Shown piece after piece: positions 52,071 to 64,000 of a DNA stretch of 64,000 bases. The DNA comes from Sphagnum compactum. Lineage: Eukaryota. The stretch is taken from NCBI GenBank assembly GCA_965153455.1, contig OZ234493.1:14002213-14066212 (forward strand), in the 5' to 3' direction. The translations under genes were made by a program, and so were the position numbers. How positions within the stretch are numbered: the first letter of the stretch is position 1; each line of letters starts with the position of its first letter. The notes below the pieces were generated by a model that ran no database searches, was not told where the DNA came from, and saw nothing but the letters and a program-made list of their open reading frames with translations.

Positions 52071-53255
52071 TATCAAAATCATGTTGTGATACCTATTGAC
52101 ATTTTGATGATGGTGAAACAATTGGGCTTCCCATAATTGTACACACTAACTAACAAAGTTTTACAAAAAGCTTTTGGAATTATTATTACCCCAAAAAATA
52201 AAAATGAAAAATGTACTAAGGTGGAACTCGAAATTGGACTAAAATTGTGTTTGTGGTTCTTAAAACTAGAATTAAAATTTGAATTTTGTGAAAAATTGAA
52301 CCGGATTAGTTTTAATGGAACCTAAACACCACCTCATGTGTGAAAAATTCAACCCATAACATTTCTAATGGAACTTGAACGTTACATAATGTGTGAAGAA
52401 CTGGACCCAAAATGGTTCTAGGGAGAAGCATCAACAAACTTGGGACTACAACGAACCTTAAATTTGACATGTGCCAAAACAAAAAAAGAGACACAACAAG
52501 GAACAAGAAAAGGATAGAATCTCTTCCTACACAAGAACAATGAGCAAAAAGAAGAAAATGACTCTACACAAGAATGAACAACAATAGAATTGAAAAAAGA
52601 ACAAGTAATTAAAGCAATATAGTTTGGAGAGAAATGAACAACACCACACAAAAAAAAACAAGAAAGCACATTATGAAGTTGAAAAAGAACATTATGAAGT
52701 TGAAAGTGCAAAGTGGAAGAAAAGAGTAAAAAGAAGAACAAGAGAATTATAGTAACATTGACGAGGAACAAATAATAACTCTGCACAAAATGAACAACAA
52801 CAAGTCAGCTTTGCCACACAACAAAATAAAAGAGCTTTGGTGCCCAAAAAATTGATGGCACTTAAATGAAACAGAAAAAATGGCGAAGTAGAAATTGGTC
52901 TTTGTAGTTCTTGTGTTTATTTTCTTCTTTTTCTCAATTGTTTTTGCAGTTCTTGTAATTTGAATACACTAAGATCGACTTTTCTTTTTGTTTGTCAAAT
53001 TTTTTCTGCAATTTTTGTACTTTGAATACAAAGACTGACTTGTGTTTTTCTTGTTCACAATTGTCTTTGCAGTTCTTGTACTTGGAATACACTAAGATCT
53101 ACTCAAATGTTTCTATTCCCCCCCAATTGTCTTTGTAGTTCTTGTATTTGGAATAAATTAGATCTACTCGAAATTCCAATCTCTCAACTGCTTCTTGAAA
53201 TGCAAGTTTTTGTAAACGAGGACTGTCTGTGGGGAAGGAAAATTTAAGAACTCAC

Positions 53256-54001
53256 ACTTTGGGATTTTGATTCTTCTTGACCGTTCCATCTGAATCTTTC
53301 AATGGAGGCTTGCCTTTCTTTTGTTTGATCCAGATCTACCTCCAGTTCCTCCAGCAATGCCTGCATCAAGGAAGCAGTCATCTAAAGGCCTTCATTTATT
53401 TAGAAGAGAAGTAGGGAATCAAGAATTATGTATAAATTATGTATCAACAAAAAATAATTTGACTGAATGGATGATCTTGATTATCAAGAATTGTCTTTAT
53501 TTTTCGTTATCAAATCTTCCAGGATTGCCAAGCAAGAGACTTACTGTACATTTGTTTGGAAAACCATTGAAAGCAGTCTTGAGTTTATCAAAGTCTACAT
53601 TAACAGCTCACAAGTAGTGGTCTTGTGACTTCGGGAGTTTTGGGCAGCGAAAACCCGCTGCTGCAAAACAGTTCATGGTCTTCACAGCTTAAGAATCTCC
53701 TATGCCCTTGATTATTGGAAACTGAGAAGGAAACTGGGCAAAAGGCATGTTGACAATGATGGATATTGTCTGAACAATTACACTCATCCATCGCATGGTT
53801 TGAATCCAAATCCTGCATATTTCTTATTCCATTTCAAAATGTACCATACAAATACAATAAATCAAAGTTTAGTTGATTTGAACATGTGAATAATACGAAT
53901 TTCAAACTTGATGTTCCCAGTTTATTCGTCCTCACCTTGCAGCTTCCCTAACACTGGCACAATCCATCCATCTCTAAGAAGGTTTTCTTTGTATGATTCT
54001 T
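53256..54001 (-). other. Putative exons of an unidentified gene divergent from the hydrolase
   Basis: Three AG/GTGAG-bounded blocks, 54001-53936, 53812-53612 and 53360-53256, each a multiple of 3. Blocks 2+3 read ...MDECNCSD...RPLL|ALLEELEVDLDQTKERQASIERFRW...; family not recognised. Confidence 0.4.
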
Positions 54002-56374
54002 CTGCGCAGCCCACAGAGAACAACAGGAGATGTTAGAAACTACTGAAAACGACTGTCTGGCTCCAATGTGTCAAAATGGTCGCAAAGGATTTCCAGAACT
54101 TGCAAAGAAGCCTTTGTGCAAGATGTTTTTTGTGCAAAGTTAGGTTCTTAGATCTGGTACTCTGCTCCAGTAAAAAGCAGATATTTTCCCACAAAACACA
54201 TCAAAGCAGAGAGAATTCTCAAGACTAGAATCCCTAGTAGTAAGCAGGAAGCTCAACATGAGTTTTTCTGACACAAATGACAGACAATCCCATCTTGAAA
54301 ACTGTCAATTGACTACTTGCCGCCATGATTGCATTGGACAACAAACTCTAGATTGCTCAGAAATGAAGAAATTAGTATGACCAACCAGCATGAATGTGGT
54401 GGTTCTCAAAGTCCATCATCATATTACTGTCATTGTAACAGAAGACTGAATACAAAGAGACACTTGTTTAAAGCTCAAATGAAGGAACATACATTATCCA
54501 ACAAAGCTCAGAGAATGAAGCTCAAAACCCACCCTCCCCAAGAAAGAAAAATCTTGTCATAACTGACATAAATCTACAGCCCTGTTCCAATAGATATGTA
54601 CAGAACTAGACACCCAATCTCCAAGGAGACCTTTAAAGGTTCAATTGGTGTCAGGACAAAAGGACTCTACCTTCCCTGCAGGAATTGGAAACATATATTG
54701 ACACTCCCTTCACCAAGGAGGACAACTGCATATACCTTTTGTCCTTATATGTACAGTTGTGTTGTGATAGAATCGGGAAGTAGCTGAGCTGCAGTCTCAT
54801 TCTCCTTAAAGCATTCAAACAAGCTATTGGACTACTGAAGATACAGTCAGTTCACTTTCTCTCTTTCTAACTGTCACAAGATGTATGCAACAGAATTATC
54901 AAACTCTGATCATTAACTTCATCTCTGATCATATTGCAAGCTTGTGGTGCCTGCATATGATGAAGATGTGATTTTTATGTTCGAACATAAGCATAAATTT
55001 AGTCATATTTGCACACCTTCTTGTTGCTTTAAAGGGTGAAAGTAGTTGGTGATGGGTGGAAAGATGACCTTAAAAATTGAATATAGTTGAATATCAACAA
55101 GCACAAGAGGGTTTCTTTTTGTGTTTGGTTTTGGGAGTGCGATAGGTTTGTTTACAAAAACCCATGTTTGGGCTAGCAAAATAGAGTTTGGTGATAGGCT
55201 CTAGCATGAACAACAAAATGAGGAGAACATACCTTAGTAGGCAAGGGTAAACAAGTGGTTGTTTTAAGTGTTTGCTTTAGGGGATGACTAACACAAATTT
55301 ATACAACAATATGTTGCAATAGGTGTTTTATTACTGGCAAAATGAAAAATGAAAAATTCAAAAATGAAGTTGAGGGTTTCAATTGTTAGAAGTTTAAAAA
55401 TATAGGGAAAATTTTGCCAGATTGCTAAATTTGCTTCCTGTAAGGAGCCAGAAATGTAAAAGAATTAAAATTTTGTGCTTCATATTTAGTTTATAGTCAG
55501 ATTTGGCTAAATCTTCCTAGGGATGTCGCCACTTTTTCAAACATCTTAAGTGGAGAATGGCAACTTAGGCTGCATAAAAAAATTCTCAAAAGAACCCACT
55601 GGACCCTCACTTGCAAGGATTTACCCAACTTTGCAACCCTCTTTCAAGAATTAATCATGAATTAATTATTGAAGCAAACCAAGTAGAGAGGCATGGCCTA
55701 ACCAAAATGAGACGTTGGGATTTAAGAACCTAAAGCTGAAATACACAGTGTTGTAAAGATACACAGAACCAGCAAATGATTGGGCATTAATATGAAAAAA
55801 AACAGGTTCTGACTCATACTTTCTTTTCAAAGCTTGGGATCAACCTAATTGTGTACAACAAATTTGGAAAGGCTTGCAAACATCTCATATCCACTTTCTT
55901 CATTCTATATATGCCAGAAGAAAAAGGCAGATTTGATGTGGGTGTGGTGAATAATTATGAACTTCATAGTTGCATGTTTTAGGTGGAAAGTGTGGCGTCC
56001 CATTATGCTTTACACTGCCATCATTCTACTATTTACAATAGAAAATGGGTTGGGAAATTGGAAACGCCTTGGTTGGGAATCCTGTCATCATCATTCTACT
56101 ATATATAATTAGACAATGGCTTGCGAAAAAACGAGAGAAGCAATAGCTTGGAGAGGAATGAACAACACCACCAAAAAGAACAAGAAAGAGCATTATGAAA
56201 TTGAAAGTGCAGAGTGGAAGAAAAGACTGAAAAGAAAAACAAGAGAAAAATGGAAGAGAGAATAGCAAAATCGTGAAAAAAAAAAATAATAATAGTAGAA
56301 ATAAAAATCTGAAGCAACTAAAGCTTACAACCTTCAGCAAAACAAACAAAGAAAACATTACTTAAGCCAAAACC

Positions 56375-56570
56375 AACGTGGGGCCCCAAAAAGAGCTTTG
56401 GGCCATGTATATTTGGAGCACCGACCACCAAGAAGCAAGAGTAGCCGCCACCTGTAATCCTAGAAGCCCTGGATAAACACATAAGATTCTAGAAGAAGTA
56501 ACCTAGAATGTTAAAAAATCCTTCTTGGTTAGAACGATGGGAAGCTTTGGAAGCATTTCTAGAAGAGGCA
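56375..56570. promoter_or_regulatory. Promoter region with site II (TGGGCC/GGCCCA) and heat-shock-element-like TTCTAGAA motifs
   Basis: TGGGCC near 56379 and 56399; TTCTAGAA at 56487 and 56557 with neighbouring GAA triplets, just upstream of the hydrolase. Confidence 0.4.
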
Positions 56571-56732
56571 GTCTACAAAGTTCATCGCTCTAGTCAGTCA
56601 AGATGGCGAATCTCGGATTCAAAGGTTGGTTTAGGGGTTTAGGGTTTTAGGGTTTGTTTTTTGGGTTTTTGCTCGCAGATTTTCTTCTATCGCGCTTCAG
56701 CAGTGCAAAGCATTCCGTCGACAGGAACCATA

Positions 56733-59025
56733 ATGGCGGCCTCCGAAAAAGTTGTTGAAGTAAGCCATTTTCTCCTCATGTAGTGGCATTTCTTTTCTGT
56801 TTTTTTTCCATGCGATCGTCTCTGGTTCTCTTGTGGGTGAGGATTTTGTTGAAGTTTTTTGTTTGTTTTTTGGTTTTGTTTTGTTTTGTTTTTTTAAATT
56901 TTTAATAAAGAATGTTTCTAGGGATTTTGGACTGAGGGTGGCTTCAGAGGGACCGATCATAAGAAGCTAAATGGATTCGTGTTTCTGCTTTGCTTGGGGA
57001 ATTCCAATATGTAGCCATTCACAACGCAGCAATTATGGCCGCCGACCAAGGGGATGTATCCGATTACGAAGGCGATTGTGACCATCATCTTGTTCCATGG
57101 ACTGCAAATGCCGGACGCGAGGGATGCTTGGAAGACCACCTGGACGAACAACTCGAATGTGTGTTGGCCTCAGGAGTGGCTGCCGGAGGATCTCGGGAAG
57201 GAGAAAGTGAGGGTGCTGTCCATGTCCTACGACTCCACTGCCACTAGATGGGTTAAAAACCAAGGCAATACGAAGCATGTGCAAGACATCGGCTCCGAGC
57301 TCCTCGAGAGTTTCGTCACCACGTATGGTGCCTTCACCCTCTAGTCCACAATTACAGACTTCAGCATTATAAGCTTTCCTGGCCTTCTTTCAAGTCTATG
57401 ACAGGGAGTGAGGAAGTTAGGGTTAGGGTTAGGGTTTCTTCTTCCTCTATGTGGTCTGACTAAATTGAAAAATCAACAGAGGGTTTTCACCTTCTGTTCC
57501 ATACCATGCAGAGAGAAAGGAGGGGCGTTGACATGCATATTCTGTGAATGCAAAGAGTGCAAAATTCACTGTTGGATTTTGTATTTGGGAATTCCAGTCA
57601 GAGAAAAGGTCATAGTTGCAAGGACCCCTAAATTGTGCATAATTCTATGGGGTCAACACTAGAGGCTTGATTGGCCCAGACTGTGTGGGGATATAGCTCC
57701 TGGGTCCATTGTCACAGGCAGTGCGACTGATGCTTTTACCTATTAGGGCTTTGCCTAAAGATGTTACTAAAGATCAGCAAAATTCTGTGGTAAGGTAAGT
57801 CTCAGTATTGGAGTGAACAGTCAAAGGTGGTGGCTTGATGGTCACCCAGTTCTCTCTTTTCAAACACTTGCTTTGCTCCATGTTATGAACTATAAAACCC
57901 TGAAACCTAAACCCACAAAACATATGATGATTTCTATTTTCGATCTCTTAGAGAATGATTTGTGTTTAGTACTGTTTGCAGATTGCCTGCTTCCTGTCTT
58001 TCCATTGCCTTCTCCTTTGTGGACATAGCTACTTCTATTACAGATGATTTCATCTCCTTCAGAATATATTGGAGGTCTGCAGACACTTGATGCCTATGCA
58101 GGCAGTATTCATTCATCTAGTCATTAGATTGTCAAGATTGAAAGTCACTTCAAATCACAGATTATCAATGAAAAGCCATCAATTGTCATTGACCTCATAC
58201 AAGAGTTGAGAATTTGGTCATCACCAGTGACTCCTTGGGGGAAAAAATTCCAATAGTGGCAAAAGTTGGATGATGCATCAGGATATATCATCTGACGTAG
58301 AGTATTTTTTTGCCACTTTTTTTGCAGGAAGGAGTGGCAGCTTGATGTTGATCAAACAATTGTGCTGATTGGGCATAGCTTTGGGGGTTTGGTAATCAAG
58401 AGTTTGATGGTGAAGGCTCATCAGGCTGCACATCGTCGGCCTGCAAATCAATTAGATAAATACAAGAAAGAGATGTGCACAAAATTTTTGGCAAATATCA
58501 GAGGCATATTTTTTTATGGAGTTCCCCATACTGGTTCGCTGATTGCAGACTTTTTCAAAAATCTGAACAAAGTATTTCCCTTGCAACTGGCTGGTATCAT
58601 GAAAAATCTTCTTCCTTTCCAGAAGGATATGGAGCAACTCTCCGTTGACTTTGAAGATGCAATTGATCCAGAAAGAGTCACACTCTATGCATTTGCAGAG
58701 AAATGGAAATACAATAAGGTCCACTCATTGCCCAAGCATTAGCAGTTTGTCCGATCAATGAAATGATTTTCAGCACGCAGGTTCTCATATATTTGTTGCA
58801 AGTTCCTATGTGTTGTGACTTGTGACTCACAGGTATTCTGGGTGGGCTTTGTAAATGCAGGTCTTGGTCGTGCCACCGGCTTCAGCAATTCAATTGACAG
58901 GTCTCAATAATGTTTCTCTTCATGCCAATCATGTTGAGATCTGCAGGCCACCCAGCAAAAAATGTCTGGGCTATACGAAGCTCCTGGAGAAAATTGAGTT
59001 TATCAGGGGAGAAAATTTAATTTGA
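56733..59025 (+). CDS. SERAC1/DUF676-like alpha/beta hydrolase, stand-alone; 4 coding exons, 296 aa (possible extra 5' exon from ATG 56603)
   Basis: Exons 56733-56759, 57015-57322, 58328-58718, 58861-59025 join in frame (891 nt). Motifs IILFHGL, CWPQEWLPEDL, RVLSMSYD, LIGHSFGGLVIK (GxSxG), FFYGVPHTGS, VVP..SA, ANHVEICRP. Confidence 0.9.
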
Positions 59026-60034
59026 GTCAGTGCGACAAATTACTCCCATGAGGTGGAATTGGTATATACATGGTGAGAATGGTGGCAGAGTATTCTGTTA
59101 GTGCCAATATGCATTTGGAGTTGCTGTGTGCCACAACATTGGTTGGGTGGGGTGACTATCACCCCAGTATTATGCTTTTTATGTCATGTTCTATACTAGA
59201 GAGGCAGGATATTGATATTGTCACATGCTTGAGGCAATGAGAAATTGTAGTGGCCAAAGGAAGCACATGACTCTTGTAGCACATTTACAATGTAGGGGAT
59301 AAATAATTTATGCTCCGTTATTTTATGGGCCAGGTGTTCAAAGCATGTTGGCCTTGTGATGCTCCCCAAGCCCAAAAGTCTTTAGCATTGACACGCTTGA
59401 CACTCCAAACAGTTGTAGCTCATTTGAACAACTCAAAAGACTTTTCCTCAAATTTTGCCTCAATATCCATCCAAGGCCATATGAGTTGAAAACTGGTGCA
59501 ACAAGTTTATTATAGACACCATAAGATGTCTCTTTCCATAGCTGTGATCACAATTACCCAGTATGCTGGGGTTGTAGCAGCCTAATGGAAAGCCTCTGAA
59601 ATGGAGCCTATTTCTTGATGCATCGATAAGCACTTTTCATTGGAGAGCTGCAATTGGGCAGAAAATCTCTAGCTAATTAATGTTAGGAGCATTGCGGATA
59701 TTTCTTATGTAGGGAACTTTCTAGAGAATTAGAAAAACCCTTGTTCCCAAAAGAAATTGACAGATGTCACCTTCTAGTGACTCACAAGTTGGCTCACATT
59801 CACACAGCTCTGCATTTGGTCAATGCTGTGATTGTAGAATTACATATAAGGTTTTTTTTTTAAAATAATAAATTTTTATTTTATTTTATTCTATTTTTTC
59901 CAATTTTGTGATGTAGCCAAAGTGGTGATCGCCCATAAGATGATTTAGCTAGATTTGGCGATAAAGAAATATGAAATAAAAACAAAAATAACGGCCTTTT
60001 GACTACTTGCTGGAATTTAGGATAAAATCTGAAG

Positions 60035-60072
<38 letters not shown>

Positions 60073-60410
60073 TCAATATTTTCTTATCGCTAAATCATTA
60101 ATGAATTTAAATCTCAAAAAAGGAAGAATGAACAAGGTATGTTACCAATGTCATGTTGCTCATGGTAGTCAAACATAAGAGTCTGATCTGCTATATGCTT
60201 CTCATCATCATATGGGTTTCTTATTAGTCCCCGCTCCAAGAGTTTAAAACCTCCACAATCATTACACAAGTTGTGTAACTGGGTAATGCCCAAGTTTATT
60301 TCATTACCCTGCGCATTATGTTACATAATGCACTCTTGAGCCTGTTAGGGCAAGCTTTGTGATGCACCCAACATAATGGGGAAGGGCGAGACCATTCATT
60401 CCATGGCATT

Positions 60411-60557
60411 AAGGTCTGGGGTGGCAGATTTAACAATGTGTTTAAAAAATCATGTTTAACAGAGATTGTGGTCACTATTACAAAGTGTATTTTATTGCTG
60501 GAAGTTTTGTCATATAATGTGGTCAAGAAAATGACATAATCTGCCACCGCAGACCTT
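60411..60557. mobile_element. MITE-like ~147-bp element, copy 2
   Basis: TIRs AAGGTCTGGGGTGGCAGATT ... AATCTGCCACCGCAGACCTT (1 mismatch in 20); interior matches 32901-33050. Confidence 0.7.
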
Positions 60558-61299
60558 CATGTAACAAGGATACCCTCCGGAATTGCATTGATACCCAGCA
60601 ATGGGAATGGACCACTTCAAGTGCATATGATTCTAGCTCCCCCATATATTTCAATCTGTTCTAGACTATGAATCCCTTAACCTTCCACCACAAAGGTAGA
60701 AAAAGGCACTGACCCAAATCAAGTAATTACTGTGCTCGTGAAGTCATGAGCAGTGTTGGATGGTTATTGATTTTTTCATAATTGTTGGGTAGGTTTTTAA
60801 CATGGTAATTGCCTGGTATTAAAATAACTGGCTATCATTGAAATAATCTTAGAGTTTTTGGGCTGTTCTGCAATAGCATTTGGAGTTTTTATTGCAAAGT
60901 GTGAAATACTCTTGTTGAATTCTGGCAATTACTTGGGCAAACTTTAGAATTTTAAAGCAATGAACCATCATTTGAGTGCATTAAAAGAAGCCATAGAAAC
61001 AAGAAAATTAATCACTATGAAATTCATATTATCATAGATTGCGAAGTATCTCAACAAAAAGCACAAACAACACATGAAGTTTGCAACCACACTAGCAAAT
61101 ACAAGATCTTGCAAGGGGATTGAACCCCTCAAACTAGCCTTTTGAGCACAAGTGGCCTACAAAATCAACCAAGTTACAACTTAAAAAATTCATGCAAAAA
61201 GAAACCATTGCAATTTGGTTTATGGAGAGCGGGCATAGCATGCCAATATCATAAAGATAAATGCGTTTGGCTTGTAAAAGAACCATTGAATTCAATATA

Positions 61300-63430
61300 A
61301 TAGTGGAGAACATCACATTTTGTCTATTGAATTTTACAAAGTATAGAATTGTTGGTGGATGGGTAATGAGTCTATTTCCCAACGTTAATTTCATAAAAGC
61401 TAGAATTGAAAAACATCTTTCATCTTTCACATTGTATATTACCTGTATCACGGTTAATACAATTGGTTTCACATACTCATGGAAGCTAGAGAATAATATC
61501 CAAGATGTTGTCACAAGGCACCACATTTTGGTTAAAAGCATTCAAGAATTCTTGTACCATGACATTTTTTGCATCCATTTTGTGAGTTTTGCTATAATAA
61601 CAAGTTATTTTAAGAACTTCAAGGTGTTTGACAAAAAACACATCAGTATTTGGTTATAGTCAGTATTAGGGATACACAATTTGAAGAACATTCATTACAC
61701 CATGGGTTGAAAATTTAATTTTCAATTCCTAAATCATAATTTCTCCAACCTTTGTCGAACCACATACAAATCATGCTCTTGCATGAACATGAAAAAATCA
61801 AATATACATATATTTTTAAATGAAGGGAAAAATGGAAAGTTTGAAGGTATTACCTTTGCATTGGTTTTTCATTAGTGATTCAACAACAACAAAAACATCT
61901 TCTATCACAGGTGAAGAAAAGCTAGTTTCCAAATCTCAATGTTTTGCTTGAATATGCTAGCCATTTATTTGAAAAGTCAAATGTTAAACACTAGAATTCC
62001 AATCAACTACCCACCACATTTGGATGCTTTCATGTTTCAACTCTAGCAATGATTTGAAGGCCCAAATGTTGTTTGTTCGAAGTTTAATCACAATACATCC
62101 TATAAATGTTACTTTAACATACTTTAATAATTGCCACTAAGTCACATACAAAAACATCTCTCAATTGTGCAAATTTAATGAAATCATCACGGGTTCCAAC
62201 AATGGTAGGCATAAACAAGTCCAAGCAAAATCTATTGGGTCACAAATATTTTCATAAATCAAGTTATCTTGTTGGTTTGTAGGGTTGTCCAAGGCCATTA
62301 TTGCCAACATAGTTTTATATTTTGCCTTTTCTGCATGGTTCAACATTGATATCTATAATGTTTTCACATTTCAAAAAAATTTGTTCCCCTTTGTGCACAT
62401 TAGCATTGCAAGTTTTGTGAACTCCAATGCCTCTTAGGTGAATGGCCAAAATAGGAATGTTATGTTTGTAGTAGATTTTCAAGGGGACTCCCTATAAGCA
62501 ATTCAAACAAGGTTTGCATTGTCAAATTAGTGTAATGAACCATACAATGGACCCTTATAAAATGAGAAGCATAGTTGTTATGAATTTGTTTTATAACATC
62601 ACCATTGGTGCCTTGAAATACATTAAACACATTAAACACCATCCTGCCCCAAAGCATATGAACTTATGGGCAATTTGGTCTTTTCACAAATCACCACCTA
62701 TCATCAAAGCCTTCATAATCACCTTGATTACATTATCACTCCTTAATCCCTTAATCATTTGGTCCAAAGAGATGAGAATTGAAATCCTTACTCAAGTTTG
62801 CATTACAAAATAATGGATTGGCAACCAAGATTGGCTATCCATTATAGAAACTTTATCACAACTAAGAGTCACATAACGAGTAGCCCCCATTGTTGCCTTG
62901 GTTGCTTTCATAACCTCTTGATGCATGAACTTTGCCATTATCCAACTAGAGTTATTAGTCTAAGGTTTTCTGTTATTTTTTGATTGCCAAGAACTCAAAC
63001 AAAGCCTTCATTGCTTCATATTCTAACATGAGACATCATTGTTGCAACAAATGCAAGATTGTGCCAAATTACATACCTTTTTTTGCTTTCTCTTTTGCTT
63101 TCCCATTTGCAATCTGATTAATAACACTTTCACGGTTGTAAGAAGCAAACACTTTTTGGTTCTTAAGATGCCTAAAAACTTTGGAATAATACCAATCCCC
63201 TTTCTTCAAATTATTTCCAATATTTTTGTTAACTTTTTTGCGACTTGCATGTTTACAAAAAGACTCTCACTCAGGAGCAAGTAATTTATGTTTCCCTTCC
63301 CCCTCATTAAAAATATTGCACTTGACAATATGCAAGTTACCATTTAACCCTAAACACAATTTTGCCCATGATAGTTTGGAGCTCAAGAGTTTTGAAATTG
63401 TTTAGTGGCATCATAGTTTTGTTTCTTGAT
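61300..63430 (-). mobile_element. Decayed hAT-family (ZNF862-like) transposase remnant
   Basis: Fragments IRVHCMVHYTNL (CxxH motif) and DERCFSILAFMKLTLGNRL (hAT dimerisation-domain-like); many stops; boundaries approximate. Confidence 0.75.
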
Positions 63431-64000
63431 TCTTAGCTTGAATTGGATGAACTTTGAAATTTTCTAGTGGCACAATAGTTCCATTTCTTGATTCTTGACG
63501 TGATTGGACATTGGGTAGATTTGCTTAAGGGGTAGGAGACCAAATGAAGACTCTTGTTGTTCACGATCTCTCCCTTGTAGTCACAAGCAAGAGGCTAAGA
63601 ACATTCTTCTAGTGGAGTTTTGGAAGCTAGGCTTTATTGTGCCTCGGTTCTCAAATCTTTTTATTGTATTCAATTTATGATAGTTAGGATATATAAGCTT
63701 TCCCATATTATAATCTGGATAAATGACCAACAGTTACCCAGTTCGGCAGATTATTTATAATTCATCCTATGTTTACTCTATGGGTACAAGGCGGTAAATA
63801 AGGCCAAAAAATGCTGATAATCAAAATATGTTTAAAATGTACAAGTATAGCATATTGGCAAGTGGGGAATTCCCCATTTGCCAATATGTTGTGTAATTAG
63901 CATTGCAAACATGAGCACATGAAAAAAAATTTTAAAAAAAAGAAAAAGATATTAGGTTGAATCCATTCAATACCTTTACTAGAAAATTTCAAAGCATAAA

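Noticed and set aside
52600-56350. Hydrophobic minus-strand ORFs 52418-52786 and 56029-56358
   Set aside because: Both translate copies of the same A-rich dispersed repeat

Overview
AT-rich, intron-containing eukaryotic DNA. It looks like a land plant, probably a bryophyte such as Sphagnum (inferred from gene content, repeat style and scattered AAACCCT motifs; not verified). Three intact spliced genes can be assembled by hand: (1) a secreted RNase T2/S-like protein (19861-21483, +) in which both catalytic histidine motifs are replaced; (2) an At1g01500-like protein (35909-34393, -); (3) a stand-alone SERAC1/DUF676-type alpha/beta hydrolase (56733-59025, +) of the type found fused to bryophyte NLRs. 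The most striking structure is a 6.9-kb DNA transposon (11425-18350) with 36-bp TIRs and a perfect 9-bp TSD (Mutator-like). I found no transposase in it. It carries a decayed spliced C2H2-zinc-finger/AT-hook-like gene, an intronic array of GC-rich hairpins, and about 20 copies of one ~15-bp motif in tandem arrays. The window also holds a Helitron-like element with bypassed 3' ends and captured gene-like sequence (46375-~48707), a decayed RLE-type (CRE-like) non-LTR retrotransposon, hAT remnants, MITE-like hairpins and several minisatellites. All calls were made by eye; no database searches were run.
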